From Candidatus Saccharimonadota bacterium (GTDB lineage: Bacteria; Patescibacteriota; Saccharimonadia; Saccharimonadales; Saccharimonadaceae), in contig CP064995.1 in the NCBI GenBank assembly GCA_016700015.1, forward strand, positions 840,001 through 872,000: 32,000 bases of DNA, given 5' to 3'. Every line of letters begins with the position of its first letter. The first letter of the stretch is position 1. Positions 23,545 through 31,729 of the stretch are shown here, in pieces. The position numbers and the translations under genes were made by a program. Under the pieces are notes generated by a model that made no database searches, was not told the DNA's origin, and worked only from the letters and a program-made list of their open reading frames with translations.

Positions 23545-25392
23545 ATGGCAAAGAAGCTCGATCCAGTCGATATCGCCGCCGCCCAGCGCGCTCGTGAACA
23601 GGCCGAGGTAGAGCAGGCTTTCCTAAAAGGAATGACCACGCTACGCGACCTGATTGCACCTAGCAGCCTCGAAATTCACAGTAGTCACTTCCGGCTCGGT
23701 ACTAAGTATGGTCGCACCCTGTATATCTATGGCTACCCCCGTGAACTGTACACCGGCTGGCTGAGTGGGCTCATCAATATTGATCAAGTGCTCGATATCA
23801 GTATGTTCGTTTACCCAGTCGAGACCGAAGTTGTGCTCAATAATCTCCGTAAAAAGGTGACGCAGCTCGAAGCTGATATGTCAATTAGTGGTGAAAAAGG
23901 GAAAACACGCGATCCGGCCCGTGAAGCGGCCCTCGCTGACGCCGAAGAACTCCGCGACCAACTACAGGTAGGAGCCGAGCGATTCTTCCGCTACGGACTC
24001 TATGTCACCATATATGGCGAAAGCCTCGAGGAGCTCGGGTTTGTGCAGCACAGCCTCGAAACATTGTTCGGTCAGCAGCTTGTCTACAGTAAGGTTGCGA
24101 GTAGTCAGCAAGAACAGGGTCTTAACAGTACTGTGCCACAAATGACCGATCAGCTGCAAATTCGTCGCAACATGAACACTGGCGCTATTAGTACAAGTTT
24201 TCCGTTTACGAGCGCTGACCTAACACAAGAAAAGGGTGTGTTGTACGGCATCAATATGCACAACAATGGTCTCGTCATCTTCGATCGCTATAGCTTGGAA
24301 AATGCCAATATGGTGGTATTTGCCAAGTCGGGTGCTGGTAAATCATTTGCTGTTAAGCTCGAAGCGCTTCGCAGTATGATGACAGGTGCCGATATTTTGA
24401 TCATCGACCCAGAAAACGAGTACCAAAAACTAAGTGACGCGGTTGGCGGAAGCTATATTCGTCTTAGCCTAAGTAGTGATACTCGTATCAACCCGTTTGA
24501 TTTGCCGCGAGTTATTGACAGCGAAGAGGCTGAAGATGCGCTCCGTGCTAATCTTGTCACACTACACGGACTACTAAGACTGATGCTCGGTGGCACCATG
24601 GCGGGCGGGCAAGCCATCGGGGCTTTATCACCAGCCGAAGAAGCCGATCTCGATCAAGGACTGATTGACACCTATGCCAGAGCTGGTATCACCAGTGATC
24701 CACTAACGCATAATTCTAAACCGCCGACCATTGGCGACCTGTATGACACCCTGCTTCATATGGGTGGCACCGGCCCGGCACTTGCACAACGACTGCGCAA
24801 ATACACTAGCGGCACCTTTGCAGGCATTTTCAGCCAACAAAGTAATATTGATATCAACAACAACATGGTCGTGTTCAATATTCGTGATCTTGAGGACGAG
24901 CTTCGCCCGGTAGCGATGTATATCGTACTGTCACATATTTGGAACATTACTCGCACACAACAGAAGAAACGAATGCTTATTGTTGATGAAGCGTGGCAGT
25001 TGATGAAATATGACGATAGTGCAAACTTTTTGTTTAGTCTTGCGAAAAGAGCTCGTAAGTACTACTTAGGCCTCACCACCATCACTCAAGATGTAGAAGA
25101 TTTTATGGGGAGTAAAATGGGGCGGGCAATTGTTGCTAACTCCAGTATGCAGCTACTGCTCAAACAGTCGAGTAGTGCTGTCGATGTACTTGGTGACGTG
25201 TTTAAACTCACCGAAGAAGAACGTAAACGACTATCAAACTTTCCTGTAGGGCAGGGGCTGTTCTTTGCGGGGCAAAACCATGTACATGTGCAGATTATTG
25301 CCAGCGAAACCGAAACTGGACTCATTACCACCAACCCGCAGTCCGCACTCCAACAACAAATCCAGCCAAGTAACCAACCACCACAGGGGTAA
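23545..25392 (+). CDS. virB4: VirB4/TrbE-family T4SS ATPase (middle and ATPase domains)
   Basis: LIAPSSLEIHSSHFRLGTKYGRTLYIYGYPRELYTGWL block, Walker A GAGKS (24331-24345), Walker B MLIVDEAW (24973-24996), and C-terminal motifs (GLTTITQD, LLLKQ). Confidence 0.88.
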   Translation: MAKKLDPVDIAAAQRAREQAEVEQAFLKGMTTLRDLIAPSSLEIHSSHFRLGTKYGRTLYIYGYPRELYTGWLSGLINIDQVLDISMFVYPVETEVVLNNLRKKVTQLEADMSISGEKGKTRDPAREAALADAEELRDQLQVGAERFFRYGLYVTIYGESLEELGFVQHSLETLFGQQLVYSKVASSQQEQGLNSTVPQMTDQLQIRRNMNTGAISTSFPFTSADLTQEKGVLYGINMHNNGLVIFDRYSLENANMVVFAKSGAGKSFAVKLEALRSMMTGADILIIDPENEYQKLSDAVGGSYIRLSLSSDTRINPFDLPRVIDSEEAEDALRANLVTLHGLLRLMLGGTMAGGQAIGALSPAEEADLDQGLIDTYARAGITSDPLTHNSKPPTIGDLYDTLLHMGGTGPALAQRLRKYTSGTFAGIFSQQSNIDINNNMVVFNIRDLEDELRPVAMYIVLSHIWNITRTQQKKRMLIVDEAWQLMKYDDSANFLFSLAKRARKYYLGLTTITQDVEDFMGSKMGRAIVANSSMQLLLKQSSSAVDVLGDVFKLTEEERKRLSNFPVGQGLFFAGQNHVHVQIIASETETGLITTNPQSALQQQIQPSNQPPQG

Positions 25393-25410
25393 TAGGAGTA
25401 TACTGATAAC

Positions 25411-28329
25411 ATGCCCGTAAAGGTTGACGATCCCACTGATATCCAAAGCGCCTACGACGATTTCGGTGCTTCTTCGCTTCACAAAGCCGAGACGAGTGGG
25501 GCGCTCGACGGGTCACACGACGCAATTCCGGGTTACGACCGCTCGTCTGACGGCTTAGATGACTTAGAAAGCCAATTTGGCAACGAGTCTGAGGCAGCTA
25601 CAGTACGCGATGCTGAGTCGGAAACTTCTGGTGCTTGGCAAAACAATGTCCAAGAATCTCCGCAGAAAAGTGGTGGTAACCGGCTTGTTAGTGGCCTCAA
25701 AAAGAGCGGGCCAATTGGTGGTATTGTTGGTGTTTTAATCGCGCTTTCTTCACTAGTGAGCTTTTTTGGCGGGCCCGGACTATTACTTGTTCATATTGCC
25801 GAAATCATTACCGAGAAAACTAATCTTCAGCTCGCCTCACTCGAAAAACGAAAGACACTTCTGCTTGAAGCTAAAATTAACAATACTACTGCCGGTTTCT
25901 GTAAAGGCGCTGTTAGCGTGCGTTGTAAGTTTGGTACTATGTCTGACGCTAATATACGAGCGTTCAAAAATGCTGGTATCGAAGTGGTCACTGACGGTAA
26001 ATCAGTAATCGGTCGAAATAAAGTGTCTCATATGATATTTACCGATGCTGGTGGTAATAAGGTCCGGATCGATCCAAAAGACTTTAGTAAGTTTTCGCGT
26101 ACTAATGCTACGTTCAGCCGTGCCCTCTTGACGGCGTATAACAGTAATTTTTTTGGTCTACACGACAAAGTACTACACAAATCACTCTCACGCAGTAAGA
26201 CGTCAAAAGCCAGCCCGTTTGAAGGGATTAAGGGTGAAGACGAAGAAGCAAACAAGTCTCGCCTAAAAAAGTTGATTGATATTACCCGCTACGGCATAAG
26301 TTTCACAAAAAGATCTACGGTGAAACAGCCTGATAGTTGTGACGCAAAATGTGTCGAGGATACAAAAAAGCAAAACGCGAGTATTAATGCCGAAAATAGC
26401 CTTGGCACCAGTGCAGAAGATGTGGCTAAAAACAATCTCAAGGCGGTACAACCAAATGGCTTTAAAGCCGTCGTGGGCGCGGTCAATGCATTCAGTGTGC
26501 TCGATAACGTTTGCATGATTCCAACTATGGCAAATGCCATCGGTATGGGAGCTAAGGTTATTCGGTCTCAACAAGAAATTCGCTTTGCAATGACGTTTCT
26601 GGCAGTCGCAAGTATGATTAAGGCAAATAAAGCAGTTCCTGGTGATGTGAGTTTCCAGGCAACACTGCTGACTAAAACGGTAAGTTATAGCAATGGAACA
26701 AAATCACTTCCTTGGGACAGCTCGACCGCCTGGAAGCATGTCGCCTACGGTGACAAGGGTATTGGTAAAGACGCAACACCGTTTCTTGTTGGTGGTGGAC
26801 TGGGTGGGGAGTTTAGCGGCGTAGCAAGCGGTGTGCTAAAAGCAATAGGGGGCGGTGATGCAAAACGCGGTAAGACCGCGTGTAATATAGCTGGTAATGC
26901 AATCACACAAACAGTTGGTACTGCAATTTCATTCATCCCCGGTGTTGGACAGGCCATCAAAGGCGGTGCGGCCGCCGCCAAACTCGCAATAACGCAACTA
27001 CTCAAGGTACTTCTCAGGGACGTTGTCAAGGGTGCGGCCGAAGGTGCCGCAATGGACTACGTACTAGGCTTTCTCATCGCTATCGCGACCGACATGGTCG
27101 CAGGTATTATTATTGACGAGAATACCATTGGCGATGCAGCTGGCAGCGCATTTACTATTGGAGCAGCAGATATGCTTAGCCAGACAGCCGGGTTTGGTGG
27201 GAATGGCGTGTTAAGTCCTGCTCAGGCAGTGGTTTACAACGACCTTAATAACCAGATTGTCGCACAGTATAAAGACGTCGAGCGCGCTACCAAAAGTCCA
27301 TTCGACGTCAATAGTACCGCGACATTTATGGGCTCTCTTTATACCGGTCTCATGCCCTACCTTGGTCGTTCTAGCTCTATGACCGGGGCAATATCGTCAG
27401 CTGGGGCAATTGTCACTTCGACATTTGGCAATTTATTCGGATCGACAAAAGCTTCTGCGCTATCAGAAAGTGACTATACCCAGTGTGAAGACTATGAATA
27501 TCGCGATCTCAACGTCGCAACTTCGGCAACCTGTGTTGTCCAACGTGGTATTCCTGTCAAGTACCTAGACATTGGTCCTGAACAAGTTAATGAGGAATTA
27601 ATTGCAAAAAATCACATCAACCCTGAATCGCTTGAGCCGGTGAGTGATCAATATATGAAGTGGGTGCAGGCATGTACAACAGGGGCTATCGTTGAAGATG
27701 ATACCTGTATGTATGGGGGGAGTGATGAGCGACTCAAGGCACTGTTTAGCCTCCATTTTGTCGACCTTCGCGTACAGGATGTACTCGAAAATGGTACTGA
27801 AGATACATCTGATTTAAGTGGTGTTAGCACCCCCCAGTCAAGCTCTGTAATCCCTGCGTCTGGCAATGATCAGGAACTTGCCAAGCAAATTCTTGCTAAC
27901 AAAAGTATCACCATATCGTCTAAGTATCGATACCAGTTCGAAGCATACGCCCGGGGAGAATTCGGATGTCGTATTGATTCCGGTATCCTGAAATTAATCG
28001 CAAGTCTCGGTACCACACGATCAATATACATCTCATCACTTAACAGGCTATGTACTAATACCTTCACTACATCGACTAGCCTCCACTGGGTAAACGGTGG
28101 TGGTAGTGCTGTTGACATTGCAATTGTGGATGGCGCAGCTTCAACTGGCGCAAGACCTGCAGATATTAAAGTTTACCAAGATGCACTTACAATCTTGCCA
28201 GATAAAAAATTGCAACTTGGACAGGTTGACTGCCGTGCTGCAGACGCTGTCATCATCCCACCTGGTAATAGATCCATACAAATTTCCGACACATGTAACC
28301 ATGTTCATATCGGTATTTACCCTAACTAG
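25411..28329 (+). CDS. 972-aa membrane protein with a C-terminal LAS-type (M15-like) zinc peptidase domain
   Basis: SD TAGGAG. Acidic disordered N-terminus, a TM segment (PIGGIVGVLIALSSLVSFFGGPGLLLV), a Gly/Ala-rich hydrophobic middle, and a C-terminal SLHWVNGGGSAVD (His codon 28084-28086) ... CNHVHIG (28300-28308). This matches the H-x(n)-D ... H-x-H zinc ligand pattern of LAS peptidases. Confidence 0.6.
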   Translation: MPVKVDDPTDIQSAYDDFGASSLHKAETSGALDGSHDAIPGYDRSSDGLDDLESQFGNESEAATVRDAESETSGAWQNNVQESPQKSGGNRLVSGLKKSGPIGGIVGVLIALSSLVSFFGGPGLLLVHIAEIITEKTNLQLASLEKRKTLLLEAKINNTTAGFCKGAVSVRCKFGTMSDANIRAFKNAGIEVVTDGKSVIGRNKVSHMIFTDAGGNKVRIDPKDFSKFSRTNATFSRALLTAYNSNFFGLHDKVLHKSLSRSKTSKASPFEGIKGEDEEANKSRLKKLIDITRYGISFTKRSTVKQPDSCDAKCVEDTKKQNASINAENSLGTSAEDVAKNNLKAVQPNGFKAVVGAVNAFSVLDNVCMIPTMANAIGMGAKVIRSQQEIRFAMTFLAVASMIKANKAVPGDVSFQATLLTKTVSYSNGTKSLPWDSSTAWKHVAYGDKGIGKDATPFLVGGGLGGEFSGVASGVLKAIGGGDAKRGKTACNIAGNAITQTVGTAISFIPGVGQAIKGGAAAAKLAITQLLKVLLRDVVKGAAEGAAMDYVLGFLIAIATDMVAGIIIDENTIGDAAGSAFTIGAADMLSQTAGFGGNGVLSPAQAVVYNDLNNQIVAQYKDVERATKSPFDVNSTATFMGSLYTGLMPYLGRSSSMTGAISSAGAIVTSTFGNLFGSTKASALSESDYTQCEDYEYRDLNVATSATCVVQRGIPVKYLDIGPEQVNEELIAKNHINPESLEPVSDQYMKWVQACTTGAIVEDDTCMYGGSDERLKALFSLHFVDLRVQDVLENGTEDTSDLSGVSTPQSSSVIPASGNDQELAKQILANKSITISSKYRYQFEAYARGEFGCRIDSGILKLIASLGTTRSIYISSLNRLCTNTFTTSTSLHWVNGGGSAVDIAIVDGAASTGARPADIKVYQDALTILPDKKLQLGQVDCRAADAVIIPPGNRSIQISDTCNHVHIGIYPN

Positions 28330-28336
28330 AAATATT

Positions 28337-30295
28337 ATGAAAATACTCGCAATTAACCAAACTATTTACACGAAACACTCTTACACAGTTAGTGTGGTTA
28401 GGTGTATCGTACTCAAATCTAACCACATCAATTTACGTCGGGTTATGTGTGTTAGCCTTAGTATCGTCCTTTCTATCGTGACATCAATCATGCCACTTCA
28501 AGTCGCCCGCGTATATGCACAATCAGACACTTGTGATTTGAAGGGTACAAAGGAAGATAAAGAAGCTTGTTATAAATTCTATAGCGACAATAATATCCTT
28601 TATTACGATCCCTATGCGCAGCGGTGTAGTATGGGTGGTACAAATGAGTCGATAACAGCGGGTAAAATTACCGGCACACAGGAGACTTTTGTCAAAGCAT
28701 ATGTCGACGCAGCTTACGCGGTTGGGCCAGCGCAGGGGATACCCTGGGAGATTATTCTTGCACAGGGCGGTCATGAGTCTGGATGGGGGGGATCGAAGCT
28801 CACCACCCAGGCAAATAACTTCTTTGGCATAAAGGCGAGTAGTGGGTGGACAGGCCAAACTATTACAATGCCGACGAAAGAGTTCGTCAACGGCACATGG
28901 ATAACTGTCAATGCAAGTTTTCGTGCTTACCCAGATGCACAGGCAGGATTTGCTGGATATGCTGACTTTATTCACAGTAATTCACGGTATGCTCCGGCAC
29001 TGGCTTATCCTAATAATCCAGATGAGTATATACGAGCAGTTGCTAAAGCGGGCTATGCAACAGACCCAGCCTATGTCACAAGTGTTATTCGAGCAAAAGA
29101 AGCCGTTATTAAAATTCTAGGCTCCGACTACGGCACTAAATACCAAAAATCGTCAGATGTTACACCAACTGTAACACCAGCCGTAGGCAGTACCGCTTCG
29201 CAGCCTAGTGCAACCGATGGATTATCTGCTTGCCAATGCCCCACATCTGTGACAAACAATAGTACAAATATTGGAGTGGGCGAGGGGTCACTTGTTGGCA
29301 ATAATGATGCGGAGAAGGCGTTTAATTTTTTCTTGAGTAAGGGGATTAGTAAGGGTGGGTCAGCGGGAATTGTTGGTAACTTGATGCGTGAGACAGGCGG
29401 AGATACCTACACGCTCAATACAAGAGCGAGTAATGGGAGTCACTGGGGAATTGTGCAATGGGATAGCGGAAGATGGAGTAACCTCAAGAACTTTGCCTCT
29501 TCAACCAATGCCGATATCTACTCACTCAGCGTCCAACTTGCATTCGCGTGGAAAGAAATGTCAGAAAGTAGTACCTACCGCAGCGTAATACCCCTACTAA
29601 AATCGGCACTCAATACACCAGAGGGAGCCGCCCAGGCGGCTGTCGATTACAGTCGCATTGTTGAAGTTAGCGGCGAGTACAGCCTCACCGGTCCGCGTGC
29701 GACGAATGCTCAGCGTGCACTCGTCGACTTTCAAGACAACGAAGCGCCTGGTGCTAATTCAACATCCGGTAGCTGTGGCAGTGCGCTTGATTCTGGGTAC
29801 AAGAACCCCTATCGAGATGTAGCTGGCCTTTGGTCTATGCGCATAGACCAAGGGATCGACATGGGAGGGGAGGGGCCGATTTATGCAGTAGGGCCAGGTG
29901 TCGTAGAAGTAGTAAGAAAAAACAAGGCCGAAAGCGGTTGGCCTGGCACTCCTGGTTCATTCATGACATACAAACTAACAGCCGGTCCTGCCGCTGGTAA
30001 ATCAATATTCTTTGCAGAGAACTGCGTCATTACGGTTAATGTAGGAGATATAGTTGATGCAAATACAAAGATTTGTGATCTACACGGTATGTTTACCGCA
30101 TGGTCAGAGAGTGGCTGGGCGGTCAATGGGCGTACGGCTGCAAAAGTCGTTGGCGGTGGCTACTCGGAAGGACAAAGAACTGCAATGGGACAGAATTTCT
30201 CAGACTTTATGAAAAGCATAGGGGGACCCGAAGGCACGATCGGCGGGCGACCACTCACCGGTACGGTACCATCTGATTATCCATCATGGAAATAA
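28337..30295 (+). CDS. Three-domain secreted cell-wall hydrolase (GH73 glucosaminidase + tail-lysozyme-like + degenerate M23/LytM-like)
   Basis: The ORF is trimmed to the ATG at 28337; an ATG at 28445 (signal peptide ...VYA-QS) is an alternative. GH73 motif ILAQGGHESGWGGSKL...NNFFGIK. Second domain GIVGNLMRETGG...WGIVQWDSGRW. C-terminal barrel RIDQGIDMGG...VGPGVVEVV, in which the usual M23 His ligands are not evident. Confidence 0.75.
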   Translation: MKILAINQTIYTKHSYTVSVVRCIVLKSNHINLRRVMCVSLSIVLSIVTSIMPLQVARVYAQSDTCDLKGTKEDKEACYKFYSDNNILYYDPYAQRCSMGGTNESITAGKITGTQETFVKAYVDAAYAVGPAQGIPWEIILAQGGHESGWGGSKLTTQANNFFGIKASSGWTGQTITMPTKEFVNGTWITVNASFRAYPDAQAGFAGYADFIHSNSRYAPALAYPNNPDEYIRAVAKAGYATDPAYVTSVIRAKEAVIKILGSDYGTKYQKSSDVTPTVTPAVGSTASQPSATDGLSACQCPTSVTNNSTNIGVGEGSLVGNNDAEKAFNFFLSKGISKGGSAGIVGNLMRETGGDTYTLNTRASNGSHWGIVQWDSGRWSNLKNFASSTNADIYSLSVQLAFAWKEMSESSTYRSVIPLLKSALNTPEGAAQAAVDYSRIVEVSGEYSLTGPRATNAQRALVDFQDNEAPGANSTSGSCGSALDSGYKNPYRDVAGLWSMRIDQGIDMGGEGPIYAVGPGVVEVVRKNKAESGWPGTPGSFMTYKLTAGPAAGKSIFFAENCVITVNVGDIVDANTKICDLHGMFTAWSESGWAVNGRTAAKVVGGGYSEGQRTAMGQNFSDFMKSIGGPEGTIGGRPLTGTVPSDYPSWK

Positions 30296-30307
30296 GGAGG
30301 AGTTGAT

Positions 30308-31729
30308 ATGGAAGACATACTAGCATCATTACGCTCAGACCGTCGTATACGTATTGGGTTAGTAGTAATTTTATTGGTCATTGCTTTCTTTACTTTCCTA
30401 AGAATCTCAGGCTATGGCTATGTGAGTATTAAATCCGACAATGGGGTGTTATTGAGTGCAATGCCAAGCGGAGGTGTAATCAGCGTCCTACAGGGGACCG
30501 GATCAATCTCTGGTTTCATACCCACCGGCTCATACACCATCAGCGCATCAAAGTACACTAATACGCAACAGAAGGTCTATGTAGTAAAACCTTTTTTCAA
30601 CTCTGAAATAAGACTTGAAGTACCTGAAAATGTCACGGTTAAACCAGTACCCGTAGCACCGATTGAAGTGCAAAACGGAGGTTTTTCTAATACAACGGTT
30701 AAATATCTTGGTATAAACGGCAGTATATCGATATTAAGTAATGATACAAGCATAGTCCCCGTAAGTATCGAACCAAATCTTACATTTGATTCTGGCTATT
30801 GGGCTGATAGCGACCACGCAATCTTCCGCCAACCAGATACGTTATCATTCTACTACTACAACGGGAAAGAAATTATTAAAATAGAGCCACCTACAACTTT
30901 CAAATTCGATGCAAATACTCTATACACAATTGACACGAACGGTCGTATACTCTTTGCTGATAGGGGCACAATCTATACTACATCTAATATCGGAAAAACA
31001 TACAGGAAAGTATATAGAAGCGACAGTAGTAGCATTACTATTAGTTCAACAAAAAATGGTGATTACATCGCCATCCTCGAAAGTAGCCCAGAGCAACGAG
31101 ATGGCGTGTCTAAAGAAGAACCAAAGTTAGTTATTATCACACTTGACGGCAAAAAGATTGCTACTAAGCAAGATGTCGATGCGTATGAGATCGTCCTCTC
31201 GCCCGATGGATCTAAGATCGCGATATCTGGTGACTCAATGAATGAAGTGTTACGTATACCAGACATGTCAACCATCCTCGTTCTACCGGCAGGTAATACA
31301 AATCAGTTAACATGGAAAAATTCGTCACTACTTGTATATAACGATCAGCGCAATATATGGGCGCTAGATATAGAAAAAGGACAATCACGGCTAGTAAGCA
31401 CCGTGCCATCTGGTCAATCTATTTCATATATCGGCCTTGGACAGGACGATATCTATTTCAATTCTCGAGTATCCGGTGATCTATACCAGCTTTCAAAAAT
31501 ATCTTTATCTAGCCCAAAACCAAAGAACGATATTGTTTATCGACTTGCACGTTTTCTTCCAACCGTCATAGATAGTGCATGCTTCATTACATACAGCAAT
31601 GTTACCCAACCAAGAGTATCTATTAGTGGTATCAACGACAATCCAGTTAGCAACTGTTTGGACGAATCAAAGCAATATCTGCAAACAAATGGTATAGATT
31701 TGAATCAGGTTGAATTAGTAGTGGAATAG
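30308..31729 (+). CDS. Membrane-anchored hypothetical protein, probable beta-propeller (TolB/PD40-like)
   Basis: Strong SD GGAGGA. N-terminal anchor IGLVVILLVIAFFTFL and a beta-rich repetitive body containing LSPDGSKIAISGDS-type PD40-like strands. Confidence 0.6.
   Translation: MEDILASLRSDRRIRIGLVVILLVIAFFTFLRISGYGYVSIKSDNGVLLSAMPSGGVISVLQGTGSISGFIPTGSYTISASKYTNTQQKVYVVKPFFNSEIRLEVPENVTVKPVPVAPIEVQNGGFSNTTVKYLGINGSISILSNDTSIVPVSIEPNLTFDSGYWADSDHAIFRQPDTLSFYYYNGKEIIKIEPPTTFKFDANTLYTIDTNGRILFADRGTIYTTSNIGKTYRKVYRSDSSSITISSTKNGDYIAILESSPEQRDGVSKEEPKLVIITLDGKKIATKQDVDAYEIVLSPDGSKIAISGDSMNEVLRIPDMSTILVLPAGNTNQLTWKNSSLLVYNDQRNIWALDIEKGQSRLVSTVPSGQSISYIGLGQDDIYFNSRVSGDLYQLSKISLSSPKPKNDIVYRLARFLPTVIDSACFITYSNVTQPRVSISGINDNPVSNCLDESKQYLQTNGIDLNQVELVVE

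Noticed and set aside
28785-28791. G7 homopolymer inside the GH73 domain as a phase-variation site
   Set aside because: It encodes the W-G-G of the conserved ESGWGGS active-site motif, so it is explained by codon choice. It is not at a gene junction and there is no evidence of length variation. It is worth a glance in the read data only.
12104-31729. Interpretation of the T4SS locus as an integrative conjugative element or plasmid remnant
   Set aside because: No integrase, relaxase, coupling protein, oriT-like repeat or flanking direct repeats are visible. The borders are housekeeping genes. This cannot be fully excluded without the sequence beyond 32000 and the rest of the genome.
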